A stretch of 39,751 nt of DNA, taken from assembly GCA_032718475.1 (NCBI GenBank), contig JAUCBJ010005253.1:1-39751 (forward strand), written 5' to 3'. Source of the DNA: Nemertoderma westbladi (taxonomy: Eukaryota; Animalia; Xenacoelomorpha). The translations under genes were made by a program, and so were the position numbers. Below are positions 23,038-34,635 of this stretch, piece by piece; position 1 is the first letter of the stretch, and every line of letters starts with the position of its first letter. Below the pieces are notes generated by a model. The model searched no databases. It was not told the origin of the DNA and saw only the letters and a list, made by a program, of their open reading frames with translations.

Positions 23038-24607
23038 CCCTATTAGTACCGGGCTATAAAATGTTGTACAAATACCGGGAGGGGGTCATATTGACCCCCC
23101 CCCCCCCCCCCCCCCCCCCCCTCTAAAATCTACAAATATTTACGAAAACGTCTGATTTTTTGTTTGTATGTAGGTATCACTTGTCTGGATCCGACCGAAA
23201 AAAAAAATTTCGAAAAAATGTACTGGGGTGGTTATATTGCAGCACCAAAATTACAAGTAGTGCACAATTTTCACCAAATTTGAAAAATTCGGCACAAATT
23301 TGGCTAATTATTTTTCAATACAGGTTTTCTGGGGTGCAAAATACATTGGAAAATATTAAAAAATGATATAATTACTATAAATGGCTGTTTAGTCCTCTCT
23401 GCGTAGGAAAAAAATGAAAAAAACAAGTAACCAGCCATTTTTTTGTTAGAACACAAAATGTTTAATTCACTTATACGATGCTATAAATTCACATTTTCAG
23501 GTTTTCGAGGGCGCTGATTCTAATGGAATACATTTCTAATATGCCAGATCATTGCTACTTGTATTTTTCAGCGTAATTTGGCAAATTTTGGTGCTAGCAC
23601 CAAATTTCGTACCCATCACCAAAAAAGTACAAGTTTGCGATGTCCAATGCTGTTTTTATTGATTCCATCGGTTTCAGGACCCTCATAAACCCGTATAACG
23701 CAAGAAACAAGGTGATACTATCTACTTATCAATTTGCATATTTTCCAAAATTTGATGCTGGCACAACAATTTTCACCCACAGGCGAAAAATACAAGTTTG
23801 AGAACTCTTATGAAATTTTTACTGATTCCATTGAATTCAGAAGCATCACAAACCCGTATAACGCAAGAAACAAGGTGACACAATCAATTGATATATTTGA
23901 TGGTTTTTAAAATTTGGTGCTAGCACCACTTTTTGCACCCACATCCGAAAAATACAAGTTTGAGATGTCTAGTTCGATAATTATATTTTCCATTGAATTC
24001 AGAACAGCCATAAACCTCTAAAACGAAAGAAATAAATTGTCACAAGCAATTTTATCTATTGAATGGATTTTCAAAATTTCGTGCTAGCACCAAAATTTGC
24101 ACACAGCACCGAAAAATACAAGTTTGATACGCTTGGTGGAACTATATTTCATCGAATCCAGAAACCCAAAAAACCCCAATTGCGTAAAAAACAAGTTTCA
24201 AACGATCAATTTACAAAATTGACTTATTTCAAAATTTGGTGCTGGCGCCAAAATTTGGCACCCACCGAAAAAAACAAGTTTGAAATTTCTAAATCAATTT
24301 ATATGAATTCCATCAAATTTCTAACACCAAAAAACCAGTGTAAATCAAAAATAGAGATGTTACAATTCATATTTAATGAAATGTAATTTTCAAAAAACGT
24401 CTCAAAAAAAGTGCCAAAAGTAGGGTTAAAAAATGGTGCTATAACTCGAAAAGTACACAATATTTTTGAAAACGGTTTTCACTACTTGGAAGACAATAGA
24501 TTTTTAGGAAAAGTCATAAAATGTCAGATTCCCAACTGCGTTTGTTTCAGAATTATAATAAAAAAAACACGAAGGGGGACATATTGACCCCCCCGGGTTT
24601 AATAGGG
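23038..24607 (+). mobile_element. Non-autonomous piggyBac-like DNA transposon, copy 2 (complete, 1570 bp)
   Basis: TTAA (23034-23037) + CCCTATTAGTACCGGG ... CCCGGGTTTAATAGGG + TTAA (24608-24611); TIR match 13/16. Subterminal near-palindrome GGGGTCATATTGACCCC. Confidence 0.88.
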
Positions 24608-24677
24608 TTAAACTTCAGTTCAGAATATATTTCCCTGAATAGATCTGTCCGTAGTAATCAAACAGTTGTGAGTATTT

Positions 24678-24690
24678 ATCCTCGTCGCCA
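24678..24690 (-). promoter_or_regulatory. Primer-binding site, tRNA-Ser(GCT) type
   Basis: TGGCGACGAGGAT, complementary to the recalled tRNA-Ser(GCT) 3' end ...ATCCTCGTCGCCA, adjacent to the 5' LTR. Confidence 0.8.
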
Positions 24691-24691
24691 T

Positions 24692-24839
24692 TAAAATGTA
24701 TTCTCTTTTTAGTTCAATAGTATAATAAAGAAGGCTCCAGCCCATCACCTATATTTTAGTCCGTCAAGACCTATGTATGTACAGTGTCTTACTCAGTATC
24801 TATAGTTCTGCAGTTCTGTAATTCAGTCCCAACATTACA
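24692..24839 (-). repeat. 5' LTR of Gypsy 3 (148 bp)
   Basis: Starts TGTAATG on the minus strand; direct repeat of 17912-18069. Confidence 0.92.
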
Positions 24840-25190
24840 GTGGTGCAAATTTGAAACGTATTTGTATTAAATGCAATGTTCCGTATTTTTATAATATTAC
24901 TACTAGATTGTGCTCCTCACTAACGTGGTTTTGTAACGACTCGACATCATCTTACGTAAATATGTGTAAAGAATTGGTAGACTGTAAGCGCAATAATTTG
25001 GGAGTACCTGGATTCGATATTTCTGAGTTGGATGTTATTCTACAGTATATTTGTACCAGTTAACTTTAATCTCAATTAGTGATATTATATAATCATTCAC
25101 TTGTGCATTAATCCTACCGGTTGTATGTATGCAGTACTAGATATTTCTATATTTCTATGTACAAAATTATTATTAAATTAAATTGAATTG
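24840..25190 (+). pseudogene. LINE B right part: ORF end, 3' UTR and AATT(G/A) tail
   Basis: Removing Gypsy 3 restores RTVSG-ANLKRICIKC...QYICTS* in frame. Tail aaattaaattgaattg. Confidence 0.8.
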
Positions 25191-26095
25191 TGCTGGATTA
25201 AGCAATGAGGACGGCCACAAAGGGTGAAGGTCTGGGATTCACACTTCAAAAAAGCAGAAGTATTAGATATCCGGCAACTACAGTCACAGACACCGACTTT
25301 GCGGATGACATCACCCTGCTCTCTAATACACTAGTAGATGCACAGCTTCTACTAAATAAAGTGGAGAAGACTGCTAAGGAGGTTGGATTGCATATAAATG
25401 CTACCAAGAACGAATTCATGACCATTAATGTTTATGGAAACTTGACAACCATTGATAATAATCAACTAAGGAAGGTCGATGACTTCCAGTACCTTGGATC
25501 ATGGATAGAGAGTAGCAAAAAGGACATAGAAGTTAGGAAACCAAGTCTTGGATAGCTCTATCAAAAATGGATTCCATCTGGAAATCAGATCTCTCCAGGC
25601 ACCTGAAGACAAAAATGGATTCCATCTGGAAATCAGATCTCTCCAGGCACCTGAAGACTAAGTTCTTTCGAGCCACAGTGGAAAGTGTATTTTTATACAG
25701 GGGTGAGACCTGGACACTGACTAAATCACTTGAATAACGAATTGATGGTAGCTAGATGAGACTACTAATGGCAGCACTAAACATCAGCTGGAGACAACAC
25801 ATGACTAACGCCGAGCTTTATGGTACATTACCACTTGTATCAACAACCCTCTGTGAATGCAGATTAAGATTCAGTGGGCACTGCTGGTGAAGTAAAGACG
25901 AGGTCATACCAGATCTACTTTTCTCGCTACCAACTCATGGAAAACGTAGTCATGGATGACTGGCCATATCATATGTAGATCAACTTGAAAGGGATACTGA
26001 ACTTGGGAGAAACGAAATTGCGACAACTATGGAGACACGGGAAGCCTGGAAGGATCTCATTTCCAAAGTCCGAGTTCGCTCGACCTAGTAGTAGT
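25188..26095 (+). mobile_element. RTE-clade LINE 3' part (probably the continuation of 7720-9583)
   Basis: DTDFADDITLL, DDFQYLGS, RLRFSGHCW-like motif, (TAG)n tail at ~26085-26095, and a 48-bp tandem duplication at 25562-25657. Confidence 0.85.
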
Positions 26096-26835
26096 GTGAG
26101 GGACTGAGATGATCCTAGACCCTGAGTCCCATGCCAAGGGCCAACCAGTGGGTGTTACAGTTCGAGTTCATAACGTTTTCACCAGAAAACACAATCCAAA
26201 GATGGATATATCTCCTGGTATCCATGAGAACAGTGACAACTTACCAGTGCCACCATATGAAGATGTTGATGTAATGAGGCAGCTCGTACTCAAGGTGACC
26301 CACTCACTGCGTGGTAGAGCTGCTCCAGTGAGGGCAACGCAGAAGTCTGGTATGCACTCCTCACCCGCTACAAAGCCCACAGTACCTGTTTCCAGGAAGC
26401 AGTTGCAGGTCTTGCTAGGCATCTCACCAGCATATTCATCCCCTGGGGCGAGATTCAGGCCGTTTGTGCTGGTCGTCTTATTGCTTTAGATTGGTGAGCT
26501 CCTCTACAGACTCCTCACGAATTGCCTGAAAGCTGCAGACCAAGTCCAACTTTATTCTTGAGTGTGGTGCAGAACAGCTATGTGCTGGTGTTAAAGTCGG
26601 AGTTGAAGGAGCAGTTCATGCCATGTTTATACTGTACAATGACCCTGAAACATAGTGCATGATGCCTTCAATCCTGGCTGATGCCTTCAATGCTATCAAC
26701 AGCTTGAGTTGCCTTGTGGAATGCACACCAATATTGGCAATGTTCCACTCGGTATTTGTATAATGCATACAATGGTCATTGGCTTTGGCTGAGTGACATT
26801 GTCACTAATCCAGTCATTTCTGATCTGATAGAGCA

Positions 26836-27308
26836 GCAGTAGTTCCAGTACTCCTCTACAGGAGTCCATGCTGAGGACACCAAATCTCTGGATGGCACAT
26901 TCACAAGAATGCTACGCCGGGTTCATTGTGTCAAGTACAATGTACACATCTCCAACCAGGCACTATATAACATTGGAGGTGTCTCATTGGTTCCCCCAAG
27001 CTTGACACTAGAACAAAATCGCCTCCGCTTTGCAGGACATTGCTTTCGCTGTGAGGGCCAGCCAGTGCATAATCTTGTACTTTGGCAGCCTCATGGAGTG
27101 AATAAGCATGGTGGACAGCCCATGACTTTCTTGAGACGCATCTTAAAGGACACTGGCCTTAAAGATGCGGATGATCTAGCAAATGTCATGGGTGATAGGG
27201 AGTTGTGGCGGTGCAATTTTGTTGACAAGCCGGCACAGCATTCTTAAAAATGCAGCTGCAATGCAGCATGCCGATCCTAGTAGTAGTAGTAGTAGTACTA
27301 GTAGTAGT
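26836..27308 (+). mobile_element. RTE family B, 5'-truncated copy
   Basis: RLRFAGHCFR and a (TAG)n tail; near-identical to the 3' end of 38246-39023. Confidence 0.85.
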
Positions 27309-27945
27309 GGAAGTTGATAATCAGTATCATCAATAAAAACAACACAGTCACCAAATATCTCGGCTTCCTCCATTCCATAATCAATATCATCAATGAGCTC
27401 ACCCACACAGTAACACTCTACAGCCGAGTCACTGCTGCCTCAAGTTGACATCACAAGCACAATGGCAGATCCACTGCATATTCCTTCATTGCATCAATAC
27501 AATGAATATCAGCAGCATGGTGGCCAGGCATACGCCTAGCAGCTAGATCTGTTGGTCACCTCCAGGCTGTGAAATTAATTATGGTGAAATATGCCTCCAA
27601 CCCTCTACTTAGTGGTGAAACCCGAGTTTATCGATTGGGCCCACAAGATATACAGAGCTACCAGGGTACAGGTTGTCTCTGGTCAATGCTTTTTGGGAGG
27701 CTATATTGGCAACAATGAGGGTAGTAAAGAGTTCATAGCAAGTATAGTGGAGGGATGGGTCCACATCCTGAGCCAGTGTTGTGGCCAAGGAGTGTCCTCA
27801 AACAGCCTACCTTGGAATGTAATATTGTGTCCAGGTGTAGTGGGACTACCTGCTCTGTATGGTCGATACCACCGAGGTGGACTTGGGGCCAATCTGCAAT
27901 GCAGTTGTTGAGAAAGATATATACCGGCTCGGTTTTGCATCGCCA

Positions 27946-28738
27946 TTACTACTAGGATCCCTACTAGGGCTGCATTGCAGCTGCATTTTTATGAATGCTG
28001 TGCCGGCTTATCGACAAAATTGCACCACCATTACATTTGCTAGATCATCCGCATCTTCAAGGCCAGTGTCCTTTAAGATGCATCTCAAGAAAGTCATGGG
28101 CTGTCCACCATGCTTATTCACTACATGAGGCTGCCAAAGCACAAGATTGTGCACTGGCTGGTCCTCATGGTGAAAGCAATATCCTGCAAAGCAGAGGCAA
28201 CTTTGTTCTAGTGTCAAGCTTGGGGGAACCAATGAGACACCACCAATGTTATATAGTGTCTGGTTGGAGATGTGTGCATTGTACTTGACACAATGAACCC
28301 GGTGCAGCATTCTTGTGAATGTGTCATCCAAAGATTTGATGTCCTCTAGTCAGTTAGAGCCCAGCATGGACTCACATATAAGAGTACTGAAACTACTGCT
28401 GCTCTAAATAATTCGGATGTTAAGTTTCCGATTAATTCTCTGTGACTTCCAAATCCTGGAAAGCCTATTCAAGGTTGCCCATGCCTTTCCCTTACTTATT
28501 CGAAGGTCCTCACCTGACTTCCGGATCCATGATCCCAGGTAACATAAGTGACAGAAGGTGACAGAAGTCGTTCACATGCTCAAGCATACCATCCTTTGAG
28601 CATGTGCTCATTCATCCGGTCAGAGACTTGCTGGGGACTTTCAAAGTTAACTGTCAAAATTTTGGTCGTTTTGGAGTTAATAAAAAGACCAACACTAGAA
28701 GCAGCCTGTTCGAATTGGAATTTGTGATTCTCTAATGA
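27946..28738 (-). mobile_element. RTE family B, 5'-truncated copy
   Basis: Reverse-complement homology to the 26836 copy and direct homology to the 38246 copy. GLFINSKTTKIL, TAG tail. Confidence 0.85.
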
Positions 28739-30529
28739 GGAAGAAACATCCCCACAATCCATCTACCAAAGGGACATCTAGGGTGGTCAATGCACTCAAC
28801 TCTCGGCATCCACTCCAGGTTGCAAATCACAATGCCTACCATGCATCAACCCTCAAAGACATTCGGATCATTCAAATTACAGAATATGTTATTAAACAGC
28901 AGATGGCTATACAGCAATTTCATATGGCTTGGTGCCGGACAGTACAGTGGTAGAGTTTCCCTGAAACTGCTCAACCTTCTACAGTCGACCACACTGACTT
29001 GGACCCCAAAGTGTTCAGGGACAACCTTGAACTGTGGTACGGCCTGACTCCGCCCAGCCTCCCATCAAACTGTGAGGGTTGTGGGGCGTATTTTGCTACA
29101 GCCCACGCCCTTGATTTCAAACATGGGGGGTTAGTGATAAAGTGACATGACTAACTCCGGGAAGTGTTTGGTGATTTGATCTCATCTACTTTCAAGGGAT
29201 TGAGTTTGCAGCGCAAAGTGATCCTGTAAACTGGTTACTTGTACAACAATGGCCAATAAGTTAGTGGAGTCTGCACTGATATCCTGGTGAGAGGGGTCTG
29301 GGTTAACCAGAGGGTAGCGTTATTTGCTGTAGCGATAATTAATGCCAATGCTCCATCATACACCTCCAAGCCCCTCGCCTCCATTTCCAAGCAGCATGTA
29401 AGAGTAAAGAAAACCCACCATGTGGCAATATGCGAGCAATGCAGGATTACTTTCACTCCTCTTGTCACTCCAGATGGGGTATGGTGCAAGGACATCGAAA
29501 TTCTAGTACCCCACCTTGCAGAAACCCTAGTAGCCAGGCGTGAATCGATGCAGTCCAGGGGGTATGCAACAGTGATTGGTGTAGACGTTTACAGTTTGTG
29601 CTCCTCCATTCGATCTCACTATGTCTACAATGTAGAAGACGACCCTGGTCGATCACTATTTATACATTGCATGTATAATGATTTTGTTTTGTTTTATCTT
29701 ATGATTATATATATATTTTCTGTTCTCTATTAAATGTGGTTTGATATTTCCCAATATTGTAAAATCCTTCAAAAATAAAGAAATTATTTTAAAATCATGT
29801 GTCTACCAAATTTAGTACGAATAATGCAGCTTTAATGGTCGTATCCTGAGTAGTAGACATACCCTACCTACAGTCCAGCAGTCTTAGTCTGATGACAGTA
29901 GTACTGCCCTAAGTCAGATGCCACAGTATTACATGATACATTGTGTCACTACTAGCTGATGATTCATGTGAATGATTTTAATTGCAGTGAGTGGCACTCA
30001 CCACTAAAGTACTTATAAAGTACTAAAGTTACATAAAGTCCAGCAGCAAAATATGATATATGAAAAATAATATTTGAAAAATCAACACAATTCATCAAGG
30101 TCTTGAGTTGGAAAAATATAAATATCTGAGGTGGGGGGGGGGGGGGGGGGGGTTGTTATAAAATTGAAATATTTCTGAATAGCAATATATACAATAGGTT
30201 GAGTCGTTAAGTAGATCAGAAGAGGATAGATCGGATAAGTCAAGAAAGCTGCTGGAAAAGCGCGCCACTGGAAAATGATAAATATTATTGCATAAAATAA
30301 ACTTTTTAAAGTTGAGGTTGAATGGCATAGTACCAAGAAACAGAAAGCACAGGAGAGGGGAATGGGAGCAGGAGTGTTATCACTCTGGCGGGTAAGTCCG
30401 GATAATGAGTCCAATGACATGCCTACTTATAATTATTTACATAGGTAATAATGGTGCACATAATACTTCACTAATGACCAAAATATTAAGAAGACTGTAT
30501 TGTAGTATATATATTATATATATAACAGG

Positions 30530-31645
30530 ATGCTGGGTATCTGAGCGAGCGCCCTGCAGACACATCAGGCTGGTCCGAAGGAGACTGAAACTTATTGGTC
30601 TACATAACCATGACATATAATCAGAATACCTGATTTTGCGACAGTCAGAGAAACATGTACACCAACTGTTTTATAAACTGACGCATTCGCGGGGCCATTC
30701 CACCAAAACATGTGAGGGGAATGATGGTTGCTAACTTCACTTCTCCTGGATGCGGTCCTCATATATTATCTGCTTCCTTGCTCCAAAATCATTGCCTCAT
30801 TTGTTCCTGACAGTGTATCTAACACTGAGACGTCCAGCTAAACTTTCTCAATCTGATTCCCCCCAAAAGCTGCAGACCGAGTCATTAAGTCCTGCCTGTG
30901 TTTTGGTAGAGGATGAGTGGTGTCAGAATGACTCTCCTGAATGGGGCTGAAGCATAAGTTCTACAGCAACTTAGTGCGCCACCTCTGTTAATGTATTTGC
31001 GATTGAAGGGAATCCCCACCCAAGTACGAAACGACATGGTGGGTAGGTGAAAATCGTGACGCATAGACCCAACGAGTGGGAATTGAGAGACTTTGGTAAC
31101 CAACCATAATGTACACACACCGCTTTGTGGAATTCTTCCTTGGACAGGGGGTACTGTGTACAGTTTCTGGCTTGGTATTCATTCAGCCAAGTTGATGCCC
31201 CTTTTCTGATACTAACACTCATAGAGTTATTGTTGATTTGGAGGCCGCTTTCCATGACATTCTTCTATTTTGCTATTAGCACTTTACTAGCTAAGACTTG
31301 GACTTTAACGAGCTTAGAATTTATTTGTTCCTCCCTGACTGCTATGTAGTTATCGGATGATGCTGACTTCAGGGATTTACACACCAACCTTGAGTGAATG
31401 TACTTCATGGACAGATCTGAAGGAACAGGGATTCCCGCATGATGAACTGGAAGCGCTATTAACTGTCGTTCTGCCAGGGTTAATGAATGTCAGTTGACAA
31501 TGTGGCAGAGTACGGCCGCTTCGGTCTCCTTGAGTTTATTGAACCTTTCAGTGACGCCCGGAATTTCATGTGTGAGGAACCGCCACCTACAGGATAGACC
31601 CAATCCTAATCCCGTATACGCACGGTGTGGGTCTGTCATAGCGAT
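30530..31645 (-). mobile_element. Second degraded CRE-clade non-LTR fragment
   Basis: PHRAYTGL...WRFL, IALPV, KGASTWL, LSKEEFHKAVCVHYGW, FGGMAP. Confidence 0.6.
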
Positions 31646-33230
31646 ATAATATATATATTCATAGCATAATTATAAATAATAATGAATAATTAAATTATTA
31701 ATATATATTAATTAAAATAGTAATTATTATCCAAACAGAAATTGTGTGTTTCATAATAAAAGCAATTCGTAACTCAAAGCCAATGTGTTTAATGATGTGT
31801 TCAAAAACACAGGCAAAAAGGGCTAAACAAACCAAAAGCAGAATTTCGGAACCAAAACTCGTATAGATCAAAATAAATCTAACTAATATTTCCCGAAATA
31901 TACAATGGTAGCGAAACCAATTCCGGACCCCGTCAAATACCGGATAAAGCACTATATTGTTCCCACTGACTGGTGAAGAACTAACTTCGGTGAAGGCTTA
32001 ACAGTAAATCAAAAACTTGAAATTTCATAAGCAACAAACAAGCACTGTCACTTTCTACCAATTTTAACTACTAACTTACCAGTCGGCTAGCGTCTAAGAT
32101 TTGAAACAAACGGATGAGATTAGAGATTCTAATAACCCAAAGGAAATCCTAAACTCAGCGCTAATATTTTAATTTTATAAATAAATAGACACGAGTCTAG
32201 CTAAATATTTACTGGAAAATAATTGTATAGCAATTTTGGTAGGGCGTGATCTAAGCAGAAGCAATATAATTTTTTATAGCAGAAAATAGGTCCAAATTAA
32301 GGCAAACAACACCAGAAATATATTCTAGAAAATAGTGTTAAATAAAACTAATAAAAACTTAACCAATGCCAATGCGGGTCTAGGCCTACTGTTCTACATA
32401 TACGTGCTATAGGCTCCTAGCCTGTGCTTGTGCAACCTAGTCTGCTAGTAGGTAATAAGTTTTACCTCTTGTCTGTATGACTTCCCTACAACTGCCTTTG
32501 GTAACAACACAAAGGGGGACTCTGCGTTGCTACCGCAGGACAGTTAAAACAGCCTCTCAGTTTCGACGCTACAAAAAGTGCTTCCTTCCCATCTTAATCT
32601 AGTGTCAGCATAATTTCCCGCTGCCCCGCACTTCCCTTTAGACTATCGGTATCAGATGTACGGTACTGCATTATGTCATTATGTCCCTCTTACGCACGCT
32701 CCCATTCGTCGGCCGTCCAGGAAACCGCCGATTGTTACTTCACTCCGCCATTATCGGTGCTTTAGATTCGGGAGTTGTGGTGTCCAGGTATGTCAATCAT
32801 CCCAGCATGCAGCATCCAGACGCTGAGACGTCAATTCTTAAGATGCAGCCATTTTACGCTGGCGAATATATTTACCGTAACAGATATAAGAATGAATAAA
32901 AAATTATAGTCTCAAATCAGGTACTGCTGTACTGCATATCAGTACAGACTTTAGATGTTTATAATCAAAACACGTCAAAGAGCAGTATAGAACAATATAA
33001 GGATATAGAACCGGACAATAGTTAATAATAATAATTCACGGTAGGTGTATATCTGCATGTGCAAAAAACAAAACTAACCAGGAACTGGTTTTTGGCCATG
33101 GCCTATAAAATTCCAAGTAAATAAAGTTTCTAAAATATTTTCAAAAAAAAAGCTGTACTCACAGGGAAAATAACACAATGCTTGAAATAATAATTGTGCT
33201 TTTGTGGTGATAGGGTTAGCATTTACTAAC

Positions 33231-33397
33231 AATTAACTTATCGCCTGTTCCCGTATCAAACATTGTTGGAGTGACTCGAATTCTTCCTACAATTCCTATT
33301 ATTCGGTATTGGCAATCACAGTTGTCATAATACGGATTCGGTGAGTTTGGGGAAACGATAACTCCTGATCTTGCGGTGAAATCAACATTGTTACACG
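33231..33397 (-). CDS. Host gene exon A: N-terminal half of a CUB domain
   Basis: Acceptor ttcaacag and donor GTTAGT. Reads (x)CNNVDFTARSGVIVSPNSPNPYYDNCDCQYRIIGIVGRIRVTPTMFDTGTGDKLI, matching the CUB pattern C..SG.I.SPN.P..Y..N..C.Y.I. Starts in phase 1, ends in phase 0. Absent from the ORF track. Confidence 0.85.
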
Positions 33398-33545
33398 CTG
33401 TTGAATTAAATAGGGTTACAAATTTTAATTATGGAAAATGGATAAACAAAGAAACATTTAGTCAAAACATATCAGTCTAAGTTCAAAAATCTTGGGGGGG
33501 GGGGGGGGGGGGGGTACACCATCACTCTCATCTCAGCTTTTCAAT

Positions 33546-33751
33546 GTACACAATTATGAGTTATGAGTTCTACATGACAGGTCAGAAAATTTTTTTTTCG
33601 CTATTTAATATTAGTTAATACTAGTTAACATAAAAAAAACTTGGTTGCGCTAAAAACCCTAAGGCTTTTACAGTTATGAATCTAATCACAAGAAAGTTTT
33701 TTTATATGATAGAAAAAAGATGGGGCAACATAACTATAAGGCAAAATTTTG
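33546..33751. repeat. ~205-bp direct repeat, second copy at 37438-37644
   Basis: gtacacaattatgagttatgagttctacatgacaggtcag... present twice with few mismatches. Confidence 0.9.
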
Positions 33752-34635
33752 GGAAAATACGTGTGTTGCTCTTGGACAACCGGTTCCCGTATAACATATT
33801 AACATATTTGAGTTCTATAATCGTGATCAGTGTCCAAAAAACCGCTATATACCGTAAAAAAAATCATTTTAATTGTTAGAAAAACATTTGAAAATTTTAG
33901 CACGAAAAATACTGGAGATAGCTAGAAATATACTGGAATTCTGGAAATGATCATTTTCATATCCAAGAATTAATATCTGCCAATCATTTAACCCTATTTG
34001 GCCCATGGGGGTCATTTTATAAATTTTTGATCTGTATCTTTGAGTCAGGTTTGTTGGAAAACCTGAGATTTCGTGTCTTTTTTCCTAAAATTTAATGGAC
34101 TATGCAACAGAGCAATAACGCCATTTACATGGCTATGTTAGTTTTCGTACGGTGGTCCCTTTCTGGCACCAATCTCCAGTATTTTTCGTGCTAAAATTTT
34201 CATAAGTTATTATGGCTCACTAAAATTAATTTATTTGCGGTATATAGCGGTTTTTTGGATGCTGATCACGATTGTTGAACTCAAATATAACATTCGAGAA
34301 GATTTTTTGGTAAATTTGTATGTGCCCCTGGGGCACGAAAAAAAAACAAGTTGTGCAAATATGATAACGAAAAATCACCACAAAATCAAACTAATTTTAT
34401 GACCAAAAGGGATTTTTGGGATGCTGATAACGAATATGAAACGGAAATATATCGAACCTTGTTGAATATGGCATTTTTGGATGTGTCAATTGGCTGCACG
34501 AAAAATACAAGTAGCAAAAAATTGATAATCAAAAATCATACCTGATTTTAAGAAAGTATAGGTTTTCTGGAACGCTGATCACGAATATTACACTCAAAAA
34601 TATCGTAAAAAAAAGTTAATTTTCTTTTTCCGCTA

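Larger units (their letters stand above)
17912..24839 (-). mobile_element. Full-length Gypsy 3 (Mag-like) with TSD GTGGT
   Basis: LTRs at 17912-18069 and 24692-24839, PBS at 24678-24690, PPT at ~18070-18080, gag-PR-RT-RH-IN order. GTGGT at 17907-17911 and 24840-24844. Confidence 0.95.
26096..29620 (+). mobile_element. Degraded CRE-clade non-LTR retrotransposon (RT, CCHC, restriction-like endonuclease), interrupted by RTE copies
   Basis: QLCAGVKVGVEGAVHAM, FLGGYIG, CEGCG...HALD.KHGGLV, DILVRGVW...NAPSY...FTPLVTPDG. Confidence 0.7.
6976..33230 (-). other. 26,255-bp phase-0 intron splitting the CUB domain, filled with nested TEs
   Basis: GT at 33230-33229 and AG at 6977-6976; the flanking exons join in frame into one CUB domain. 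Confidence 0.75.

Noticed and set aside
31950-32900. GC-richer intronic stretch with donor-like sites, a possible nested gene or extra exon
   Set aside because: The frames I read contain stops and no recognisable motif; an extra exon would break the CUB join.
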